Positions 17,072 to 24,403 of a stretch of 64,000 bases of DNA are shown here, piece by piece. The first letter of the stretch is position 1. Each line of letters opens with the position of its first letter. The position numbers were made by a program, and so were the translations under genes. The DNA lies in the NCBI GenBank assembly GCA_043801965.1, contig JAZDLN010000032.1, positions 1,638-65,637 of the forward strand, in the 5' to 3' direction. Origin of the DNA: Candidatus Falkowbacteria bacterium. GTDB taxonomy: Bacteria > Patescibacteriota > Patescibacteriia > Patescibacteriales > UBA12075. Below the pieces are notes generated by a model. The model worked only from the letters and a program-made list of their open reading frames with translations, was not told where the DNA came from and did not search any database.

Positions 17072-17123
17072 AGAAATCTAAAAACCTAACAGCTAAAAGC
17101 TATAAGCTAAGAGCTCAACAAAT

Positions 17124-17441
17124 ATGTCAGATAAAATTGCGGTTATTAAAACCGGCGGCAAACAATATAAAGTTAAAGAAGGTCAAACCGTAAAAATAGA
17201 GAAATTGGATAAAGAGAACGGAGATAAGGTTTCTTTTGATGTACTTCTCATAGCCTCGGCGGACGGGAAAGAAGTTGAGCTGGGCAAACCCTTGCTTGAT
17301 AAAAAAGTTGGCGGAGAGGTTGTTTCTTCCGGAAAGAGCAAGAAAGTGCTGGTGGTCAAATACAAGAATAAAACCCGCTATACGCGCACCCGCGGCCATC
17401 GCCAGCTTTTTACAAAGGTTAAAATCGACCCTATCGTTTAA
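17124..17441 (+). CDS. rplU: 50S ribosomal protein L21
   Basis: 105 aa. AVIKTGGKQYKVKEGQ ... RTRGHRQ. Confidence 0.95.
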   Translation: MSDKIAVIKTGGKQYKVKEGQTVKIEKLDKENGDKVSFDVLLIASADGKEVELGKPLLDKKVGGEVVSSGKSKKVLVVKYKNKTRYTRTRGHRQLFTKVKIDPIV

Positions 17442-17465
17442 AACTTTTTCTATTTTAACATATAA

Positions 17466-17496
17466 AAAATCCGCTTTTAGGGCGGGTTTTTGTTTT
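17466..17496. terminator. Bidirectional terminator between rplU and recR
   Basis: aaaaaatccgc-ttttagg-gcgggttttt. Confidence 0.6.
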
Positions 17497-17513
17497 GTTC
17501 GAATCCTAACGGC

Positions 17514-18110
17514 TTAAAGGGGGTTCCGATATTTTAAGGCATGGGTCAGGGTTATTTCGTCCGCGTATTCCAGGTCAACTCCCATGGGTAAACCCTTGGC
17601 CAATCTGGTTATTTTTACGTTAAGCGGCTTAAGGATTTTCGTCAGGTAGAGAGCGGTGGTTTCACCTTCGAAATTATGGCTTAAACCTAAAATAACCTCT
17701 TTAACACCGGTATTTTTTATCCTGTGCAGGAGTTGTTTTATGGTCAGATTTTCCGGACCAATATCGTCTATAGTGTTAATTAATCCCTCCAGGACGTGGT
17801 AAAGGCCGCTGTAGTGCCTGGTAGCTTCGATAACCCGCATGTCGCGGGAAGTGGAAATAACGCAAATTACGGCATTGTCCCTTTTTTTGTCGGAGCAGAT
17901 TGGACAAGGATCGGCCTCCGCGATCGCGAAACAACGGCCGCATGTCTTCGTGCCTTCTTTAAGCTCGGCGATCGCCTGGGCCAGTTTTTGAAGATCTTCG
18001 CCGCTTTGTTTCAGTAAATAAAAAACATACCGTTCCGCGGTTTTCGGTCCGACAGTGGGCAGTTTGGTAAAATGATCTATAAGATTTTGGATGGCCTGGG
18101 GATACCGCAT
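17514..18110 (-). CDS. recR: Recombination protein RecR
   Basis: 198 aa. Zinc finger CGRCFAIAEADPCPIC and a Toprim domain. Confidence 0.9.
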   Translation of the reverse strand: MRYPQAIQNLIDHFTKLPTVGPKTAERYVFYLLKQSGEDLQKLAQAIAELKEGTKTCGRCFAIAEADPCPICSDKKRDNAVICVISTSRDMRVIEATRHYSGLYHVLEGLINTIDDIGPENLTIKQLLHRIKNTGVKEVILGLSHNFEGETTALYLTKILKPLNVKITRLAKGLPMGVDLEYADEITLTHALKYRNPL

Positions 18111-18240
18111 ACAAGAAACAAGGACACAAGACGCAAATTACAAACAAATCTCAAATATCAAAAAATCAATTATCAAAACGTTTGATTTTTGAATATTGTG
18201 GTTTGAGATTTGCTTGTGTCCTTGTTTCTTGTATCTTGTA
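18111..18240. repeat. 130-bp imperfect palindrome, same family as 11833-11963
   Basis: acaagaaacaaggacacaag...caaaacgtttg...cttgtgtccttgtttcttgt. It fills exactly the gap between the ybaB stop and the recR ATG. Confidence 0.8.
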
Positions 18241-18243
18241 AAA

Positions 18244-18519
18244 CTAGTTTAATCCTGGGAATCCTCCCATCTCCTGCATTTTTTGGGCCATGACACGCTG
18301 GGTTTTTTTTATGGCCTCGTTGACGCAATCGGCTAAAACACCCTCCAGGCTTTCTTTGGCCAGGTCTTCGTTGATTATTATTTTTGTTATTTCCATATTG
18401 CCGTTCATGGATACCTGGACTCCGCCTCTGTTGATAGTGACGGATTCGTTAGCCAGGGCATTTTGCATCTGCTTGGCCGTGCTTCTAAGATCTTTTAAGT
18501 GCTTTAATTTATTGAACAT
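18244..18519 (-). CDS. ybaB: YbaB/EbfC family nucleoid-associated protein
   Basis: The ORF track starts at 18561. The family-typical N-terminus MFNKLKHLKDL begins at the internal ATG at 18519. Confidence 0.85.
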   Translation of the reverse strand: MFNKLKHLKDLRSTAKQMQNALANESVTINRGGVQVSMNGNMEITKIIINEDLAKESLEGVLADCVNEAIKKTQRVMAQKMQEMGGFPGLN

Positions 18520-18561
18520 ATTTTTATGTTTATTATTGATTAGAATTGACCGGCAACCCAT

Positions 18562-18665
18562 GAATTTACAAATCTTTTTACAAATCTACAAATTCCGGTA
18601 AAAACGTTTTGTTTTGCATTTGTAAACTTGTATTTGATTTGTAGATTTGTGGGAATTTTGTAAAT
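18562..18665. repeat. Imperfect palindrome of about 100 bp built of ACAAAT words
   Basis: acaaatctacaaat pairs with atttgtagatttgt around the centre aaaacgtttt. A related element lies at 30377-30468. Confidence 0.7.
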
Positions 18666-18690
18666 AAAAATCGTATATTAAGCGTAGTTT

Positions 18691-20085
18691 TTAATACTCC
18701 GCCATCAGTTCTTCTAATCCCGACTTGTCCCGATTTTTAAAGCTGACGCTGTTTTCATCGAAAAAAAGAGTGACGGCTCCGGTCGGACCGTTCCTGTGTT
18801 TGGCCACGTAGATCTCCGCCCGATTCCGATCTTCCTGGGAAAGCTCTTCCCGGTTGTAGTTGCGGTCCGCCGCTTTGCGGTAAACGAATAAAACCACGTC
18901 CGCGTCCTGTTCGATCGAACCTGAATCCCTAAGATGAGACAGTTTCGGGATGGCCGGCTTGCTTTGCTCGACGGCGCGCGACAGCTGGGACAGGGCCAGA
19001 ACCGGAATATTGAGTTCCCGGGCGATGCCTTTAAGGCCGCGGGTGATCTCGGCTACTTCCTGTACGCGGTTATCGCCGTATTTGCCACGGCCCTCCATAA
19101 GCTGAAGGTAATCGATTATCAAAAGCCCCAAGCCTTTTTCGATCTGGAGCCGTCTTGCTTTGGCGCGTATTTCCATCACGGAACAATTCGGAGAGTCATC
19201 AATGAATATCGGCGCTTCGGATAACCTTCCCATCGCGTCGCCGATGCGCGAAAAATCGTTATCTTCTTCCTGATCGGAGAGCCGCCCGCCGTGCAGACGG
19301 AATAAATTAACGTTGGCTTGCGCGCAAAGCATGCGATCGACCAGCTGTTCCTTGCTCATTTCCAGGGAGAATATGCCAACCGGCGTCTTATGCTCGACTC
19401 CCGCCTGACGGGCGATATCCATGGCCAAAGAGGTCTTGCCGACGCTCGGGCGGGCGGCGAGGATCACCAGGTCTGATTTTTGGAGACCAGCCAAAAGGCG
19501 GTCAAGATCGTAAAAACCGGTCGGAACGCCCCGTAATTTGCCGCTTTGCTTGTGCAGTTCGTCGATGCGCTCGAAAGCTTCGTTTAGCAGCTGATCTACG
19601 GGCAGAAAGACGTTTTTCAGGAATTTCTGAGATACCCCGAATAATTTACGTTCGGATTCATCCAGGATCTTTTCGATATCTTCGTCTTCCTTATATCCCA
19701 ATTCCGATATTTCCGCGGCCGCCCTTAGAAGGCGGCGCAAAGTCGCTTTGCGCTGGATAATATTGGCATAATGCACTATGTGGGCGGGGGTGGCGACAAG
19801 GTTTGAAAGCTGGGCCAGATAAGTGCGCCCGCCGATCATTTCCAGGCGATTCTTGCTTTCGAGGATGTTGGTCAGGCTGACGATATCGATCGGCTCATGG
19901 CGCGAATAGAGTTCCATGATCGCGCTGAAAAGCACCCGGTTACCATCTTTATAAAAATCATATTCGGTAATTATGTCCGCAACCTTAATGATCGCGTCCT
20001 TATCGATCAAGAGCGATCCCAGAAAAGACTGCTCGGCTTCAAGGTTTTGCGGCGGTAATTTTTCGATTGTTTGCTCGTTATCCAT
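18691..20085 (-). CDS. dnaB: Replicative DNA helicase DnaB
   Basis: The N-terminus MDNEQTIEKLPPQNLEAEQ begins at the internal ATG at 20085 (ORF track 20157). Walker A ARPSVGKTSLAMD. Confidence 0.9.
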   Translation of the reverse strand: MDNEQTIEKLPPQNLEAEQSFLGSLLIDKDAIIKVADIITEYDFYKDGNRVLFSAIMELYSRHEPIDIVSLTNILESKNRLEMIGGRTYLAQLSNLVATPAHIVHYANIIQRKATLRRLLRAAAEISELGYKEDEDIEKILDESERKLFGVSQKFLKNVFLPVDQLLNEAFERIDELHKQSGKLRGVPTGFYDLDRLLAGLQKSDLVILAARPSVGKTSLAMDIARQAGVEHKTPVGIFSLEMSKEQLVDRMLCAQANVNLFRLHGGRLSDQEEDNDFSRIGDAMGRLSEAPIFIDDSPNCSVMEIRAKARRLQIEKGLGLLIIDYLQLMEGRGKYGDNRVQEVAEITRGLKGIARELNIPVLALSQLSRAVEQSKPAIPKLSHLRDSGSIEQDADVVLFVYRKAADRNYNREELSQEDRNRAEIYVAKHRNGPTGAVTLFFDENSVSFKNRDKSGLEELMAEY

Positions 20086-20247
20086 ATTGTTATAATACCG
20101 AAAATCAAAAGCGATTACAAGTGCAAAAAAATCCGTGTTTATCCTGAAATGGTCCACTGTTTGTCAACAGATATTTTTAAAAAAAATAGCCAATAATAAA
20201 TAAAAAAATTCGGAATAACATAGTATTTCGCTAATCTACGGAAACTA

Positions 20248-20276
20248 TTGCAAAAAATCATATTATGTGCTATATT
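20248..20276 (+). promoter_or_regulatory. Promoter TTGCAA-17-TATATT upstream of the tRNA cluster
   Basis: Hexamers at 20248-20253 and 20271-20276. Confidence 0.45.
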
Positions 20277-20365
20277 ACTATTAAGTAATTACTGCTTGTC
20301 GGCAGTTTTTATTTTCGCTCCGGTAACCTCTATCCCGAATATAAAAATTTAAAAATTTATTTTTT

Positions 20366-20438
20366 GCGCCCATAGCTCAGTTGGTAGAGCAGCTCCCTTT
20401 TAAGGAGAAGGTCACAGGTTCGAATCCTGTTGGGCGCA
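20366..20438 (+). tRNA. tRNA-Lys (anticodon TTT)
   Basis: Cloverleaf folded by hand: acceptor gcgccca/tgggcgc, anticodon loop cTTTTaa, T-arm acagg-ttcgaat-cctgt. No encoded CCA. Confidence 0.9.
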
Positions 20439-20452
20439 CTTATTTTTTATCA

Positions 20453-20524
20453 GCCGGAGTAGCTCAATGGTAGAGCAATGGTTTTGTAAACCATTTGTTG
20501 GGGGTTCAATTCCTCTCTCCGGCT
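20453..20524 (+). tRNA. tRNA-Thr (anticodon TGT)
   Basis: Acceptor gccggag/ctccggc, anticodon stem atggt/accat with loop ttTGTaa, T-loop ttcaatt. Confidence 0.9.
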
Positions 20525-20552
20525 CACTAAATTCAGTATTTGAATAGATGTT

Positions 20553-20619
20553 TTTGTTGGGGTTTCGGAGCGAAGCGGAGATCCCGCCGGATGGCGGGAC
20601 AATTCCTCTCTCCGGCTCA
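20553..20619 (+). pseudogene. Partial duplicate of the tRNA-Thr 3' half interrupted by a GC-rich insert of about 36 nt
   Basis: tttgttggggtt + [tcggagcgaagcggagatcccgccggatggcggga] + caattcctctctccggctca. The flanks match tRNA-Thr positions 20494-20526. Confidence 0.7.
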
Positions 20620-20629
20620 TTCTTTTTTT

Positions 20630-20657
20630 AGCCGCTCTTTGCTGATAGCGGCTTTTT
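20630..20657 (+). terminator. Intrinsic terminator of the tRNA cluster
   Basis: agccgct-ctttgctgat-agcggct followed by TTTTT. Confidence 0.7.
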
Positions 20658-20663
20658 GTAAAA

Positions 20664-21956
20664 ATGCGAAATTACACTTATAAAATTTACACTCTTGGAT
20701 GTAAAGTAAATCAATATGACTCCGGAAGCCTAAGCGATAAGCTTCAGGCCGCCGGTCTTAAGCCGGTCGAAAGCGGCGCGGATCTGACTGTCGTCAATAC
20801 CTGTGCCGTTACCGGGACCGCTATCTTAAAGAACCGGCGCATGATCGATAAAGCGAAAAAGGAAAATCCGGGCGCCAGGATCGCCCTACTGGGCTGCTGG
20901 CCCAAGGTAAATAAAAAAACCGCGGATGATCTAAAAACTGACTATGTTTACGGTGCCGGACAATACGATGGATTTATCAAAAAAATAAAAACTGACTTCG
21001 GATTACAGAAAATAGATACGTTATGCGCTCTCCCCGTTGCCGCGAAGCGGTTTTGCGGGGTTACGCATTCCACATTACGCGACAAGAGCCGTTATTTCAT
21101 AAAAGTACAGGACGGCTGCGAGCAATTTTGCACGTATTGCGTGATACCCTACGCGCGGGGAAAACTGCTAAGCCGGCCGAAAGAGGAAATTGTTAACGAA
21201 ATTATCGGAGCGACGGAATCCGGATATAAAGAAGTTATTTTGTCGGGGATCCACCTGGGATTATACGGAAAGGATGCAATGAGCGGCGACAATCTCGCGA
21301 AATTGATTAAAGAAATATTGCGGATAAAGAAGCTGGGTCGAGTGCGGTTAAGTTCGATCGAGATTAACGAAGTGACTGATGACTTGATCGATCTTTTTAC
21401 GCGGCCAAGGAAAGAGGGGGCACCTTATGTCTGTGGTCACCTCCATATTCCCTTGCAATCAGGCTCTGATAAGATCCTTGCCTTAATGAATCGGCCTTAT
21501 AATACCGCTTACTTTCGCGATAAAATAAGAAAACTTCGAAAAATAATGCCTGATATCGCGATTACCGCCGACGTGATCACGGGCTTTCCCGGAGAAACGA
21601 AAGAAGATTTTCGTACCACTTATGATTTTATAAAAGAGATGAATTTCAGCCGTCTGCATGTTTTTCCGTTTTCCGCGCACGAGCGCGCGCCGGCTTCCCG
21701 ATACCCCGGCCAAATAGGGGAGAAGGTAAAAAATGAGCGGGCCGATAAATTGCGGCGTTTAGGCTACAAACTTTTCCGGGAGTATAAAAATAAATTCGCG
21801 GGGCGTGAATTGGAGGTTGTCGTAGGGAATCTGAAAAACGGTCGTCGATTGGGCAAAAGCGAATATTATTTTGACATAGAGCTTGATTTGGACAAAATCA
21901 AAGGGAAGAAAATCGGTGATTTAACCGGGAAGATTATTACGGTAAAAGCCGCGTAA
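20664..21956 (+). CDS. mtaB: Radical-SAM methylthiotransferase, MtaB-like (MiaB family)
   Basis: 430 aa. N-terminal UPF0004 Cys triad (LGCKVNQYDS, NTCAVT, LGC) and radical SAM motif CEQFCTYC. Confidence 0.75.
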   Translation: MRNYTYKIYTLGCKVNQYDSGSLSDKLQAAGLKPVESGADLTVVNTCAVTGTAILKNRRMIDKAKKENPGARIALLGCWPKVNKKTADDLKTDYVYGAGQYDGFIKKIKTDFGLQKIDTLCALPVAAKRFCGVTHSTLRDKSRYFIKVQDGCEQFCTYCVIPYARGKLLSRPKEEIVNEIIGATESGYKEVILSGIHLGLYGKDAMSGDNLAKLIKEILRIKKLGRVRLSSIEINEVTDDLIDLFTRPRKEGAPYVCGHLHIPLQSGSDKILALMNRPYNTAYFRDKIRKLRKIMPDIAITADVITGFPGETKEDFRTTYDFIKEMNFSRLHVFPFSAHERAPASRYPGQIGEKVKNERADKLRRLGYKLFREYKNKFAGRELEVVVGNLKNGRRLGKSEYYFDIELDLDKIKGKKIGDLTGKIITVKAA

Positions 21957-21964
21957 ACCCCGGA

Positions 21965-21990
21965 TAGAGACGAGGCATGCCTCGTCTCTA
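21965..21990. repeat. Perfect 26-nt palindrome TAGAGACGAGGCATGCCTCGTCTCTA (dispersed repeat)
   Basis: A near-identical copy lies at 52475-52500. No T-run follows it. Confidence 0.8.
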
Positions 21991-22020
21991 CCCATGATTG
22001 GCGTGAACCAAAATAAAAGA

Positions 22021-22050
22021 GCCGCATCTATTGATGCGGCCTTGTTTTTT
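22021..22050. terminator. Bidirectional terminator between mtaB and the PrkA operon
   Basis: gccgcatc-tatt-gatgcggc flanked by A-rich and T-rich runs. Confidence 0.75.
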
Positions 22051-22054
22051 TGTT

Positions 22055-24334
22055 TTAAACTTCTTTGAATCTTTTTGCCAGATCGTTGTCAATCACGTAA
22101 ATGGCGATTTCCTGCGCCCCTTGTTCGGTGTATCCGAATTTTTCTATCAGATTCTTGAACAGGTAACACACGTCATCCCGGATCTTGCGATCGTAGGTTT
22201 TAAAACCCTCTTTGCCGTAATCCTTGATGGCGTTGCGGAAATTGCTGTTGTCAACGAAGGGGTCGAGCGCTTTGGCTTTGACGTTTTTGGTAAATAATTC
22301 GAACAAATCTTTATACTGCTTCGTTTCCTTGATCGTTTTGCCTTCCAGGCGCATTTCCTGGGCCAGGGTCATATTCGAATAGATTTTGGCATTGTCGGAA
22401 CGAAAAGCATCGATCTCTTTTTCCCAGTCGGAAAGTCTTTTGTTGCCGCGAGGGATGAAGAATTTTTCGATTTCATCGAGAATATCTCTCGTTAACACGT
22501 ATTTTTCTTTAACGTACGGGCAGGTAATTTCGGTTTTTAATTCGCAGGTAATGGCGTACATCCATTTTTTTACGTAATAGGAAATGCGTTCGTCGTTGTA
22601 GTAGAAGAGCGATTCTTTCATTTCCTGCAGAACGGAGAAATCGTACAAGTTCATCAATGAATCCAGAAAGCCGTCCGGAATCGATGTTTTTAGCTCTTTC
22701 TTCTTAAAAACGAATTTAGCCAGGTCGGATAAATTGATCAGCCGGTCAGGCTTCGCGTGCTGGGAGTAAAACTCTCCGAAGATCCGGATCGAATCGCGGC
22801 CGGAAATGCCGTTTTTCCCCTCGCCATCAGCCTCCGCCAATATCCGGCGCCGCCGCTTGGCGTTCAATCTTTTACGGTCTTCCTGGTTAAGCCAATCGGG
22901 TATGTTACCGCAGTAGATGAACATCTTCAGGAGCTGGAGGTTTTTGTCGCAGAATTTTTCGTATTTTTCGGATTTATCGGCACTTTCTTTTTTCTCGATC
23001 CATTCGAACATAGCCGGCGACTTCGCGCTCAGACGCGTAGCAATGATTATTTTGGCGAAATTCTGAAATACCCGGGGCAGGAATGCCGCCTCTATGTGCT
23101 CGCCGAAAGTATCCTTGTAGATGCCGCTTTCCGTGATGTAATCAAGAACATAGGAAATATTAATGAATTGGATGCGGTCGGAAAGCGACTTCATCTCATC
23201 GATTACCTTTTTGTCTTCCGGATTCATGACGCCGATCAGGAGGGAATCCGCGGTTTCTTCGATATCTTCGACCCGATGCACTCTTTCGGAAACGATATTG
23301 TGCTGTTCCTTGAGGCGTTCCACGTTGTACGATTTAACGTCCATCAGGGCGCGCAAACCGTTATTGGTTTTGGCGTAGGTCGAAAATACGTATTGTACTT
23401 TGGTGCTCTGCAGAAGCCCGTTGATGTTCCTTTGGGCGATCGGGTCGGTTCTGACGTTTTGCTTCGTGGGCGGATCGCCGGGATTGAAGACGGAGATACC
23501 CTCTCCCATGCGCCGATTCATGCGGAAAGGACGGCAGTAGAGGAAGTCCAGGACTTTTTTCCGGTCCTTGTATTTCCACATCAGCTCTTCGTATAAGGCG
23601 CCGCAGATAGTGCAGGGTTCGTCTTTTAAGAGCCACTCGTATTCCTTATCCGCGAAAAGCCTGAATTTCATTTCACCGTTCGGGAACAGGTCATCGAAGA
23701 ATTCGCGGCGGTGTTTTTTCGGCACCATAAGTATGGGGTTGTCGTGGCTGGGGCAGGGGATCTCGACATATTGGCTGTCGCCGCCGCATTCGCAATTCTC
23801 GTTTTTCTTGTCGGTTCCTTCGTGCCAGGCGCCTATTTCGCCGCGCGGAAATTTCCAGACGACTTCGAAGCGCAAGCCTTCGGGGGTGTTCGAATAGTCC
23901 TGCAGGCGGCGCAGAAGGTTATTGAGGAACGTGCTTTTGCCGCAGCCGTGCGGACCGTCGAATATGTAGATCTTATTCTGCTGCGTTCCCCGTTTCATGT
24001 CTTCCGTCCACGCGATCAGCCGGTTCGCGAATATCCGATCGGCGAAGAAGCGGTGGTTGGAATCGATGGCGAAGAGCCCGGTGCAGTCATAATCGATATA
24101 ACCGATATTCTCCGGATCGTTCGGGTCTTCTTCTTCCCCCTTCTCGACGAAGGATTTTACCATATCGTAGAAGTACTGGAAAATATTCCGGGTGGCGATC
24201 TCCGGGTTCGACGCGGCCATCAGTAGGAATTCCTCGAAACTGATCGGTCCGTACGAGATATCATTATCCCGCTTTTCCAGCTCCGTCAATCGCCTGACTA
24301 TCTTTTTGACGCTTTCGGTCGTGATTGTATCCAT
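22055..24334 (-). CDS. Second, divergent PrkA-like P-loop protein
   Basis: 759 aa. Walker A DGPHGCGKST. By eye it is collinear with the 692-aa PrkA (SHDNPILMVP~YEDPMILAMN; LSDRIQFINISY~IIDRCRVCYVSH). Carries a Cys cluster NCEC...CPSH...CTIC. Confidence 0.65.
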   Translation of the reverse strand: MDTITTESVKKIVRRLTELEKRDNDISYGPISFEEFLLMAASNPEIATRNIFQYFYDMVKSFVEKGEEEDPNDPENIGYIDYDCTGLFAIDSNHRFFADRIFANRLIAWTEDMKRGTQQNKIYIFDGPHGCGKSTFLNNLLRRLQDYSNTPEGLRFEVVWKFPRGEIGAWHEGTDKKNENCECGGDSQYVEIPCPSHDNPILMVPKKHRREFFDDLFPNGEMKFRLFADKEYEWLLKDEPCTICGALYEELMWKYKDRKKVLDFLYCRPFRMNRRMGEGISVFNPGDPPTKQNVRTDPIAQRNINGLLQSTKVQYVFSTYAKTNNGLRALMDVKSYNVERLKEQHNIVSERVHRVEDIEETADSLLIGVMNPEDKKVIDEMKSLSDRIQFINISYVLDYITESGIYKDTFGEHIEAAFLPRVFQNFAKIIIATRLSAKSPAMFEWIEKKESADKSEKYEKFCDKNLQLLKMFIYCGNIPDWLNQEDRKRLNAKRRRRILAEADGEGKNGISGRDSIRIFGEFYSQHAKPDRLINLSDLAKFVFKKKELKTSIPDGFLDSLMNLYDFSVLQEMKESLFYYNDERISYYVKKWMYAITCELKTEITCPYVKEKYVLTRDILDEIEKFFIPRGNKRLSDWEKEIDAFRSDNAKIYSNMTLAQEMRLEGKTIKETKQYKDLFELFTKNVKAKALDPFVDNSNFRNAIKDYGKEGFKTYDRKIRDDVCYLFKNLIEKFGYTEQGAQEIAIYVIDNDLAKRFKEV

Positions 24335-24403
24335 TTTATCCTCCCCGAGGGCAGTTTTAGTTCAGGGAGCCGGGAAGAGTTCAATCTTCCCGGAATTCCC
24401 CTT

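Noticed and set aside
20525-20552. An integrated mobile element between tRNA-Thr and its duplicated 3' end
   Set aside because: Only about 28 nt plus a 36-nt insert separate the copies, so there is no cargo. At most this is a scar or a miniature insertion. It is reported as a finding, not as a mobile element.
22757-23596. 279-aa plus-strand ORF, and other long antisense ORFs, within the PrkA operon (22031-29620)
   Set aside because: They lie opposite four long, motif-supported minus-strand genes. The translations are Phe/Val/Asp-rich mirror frames without starts or SDs.
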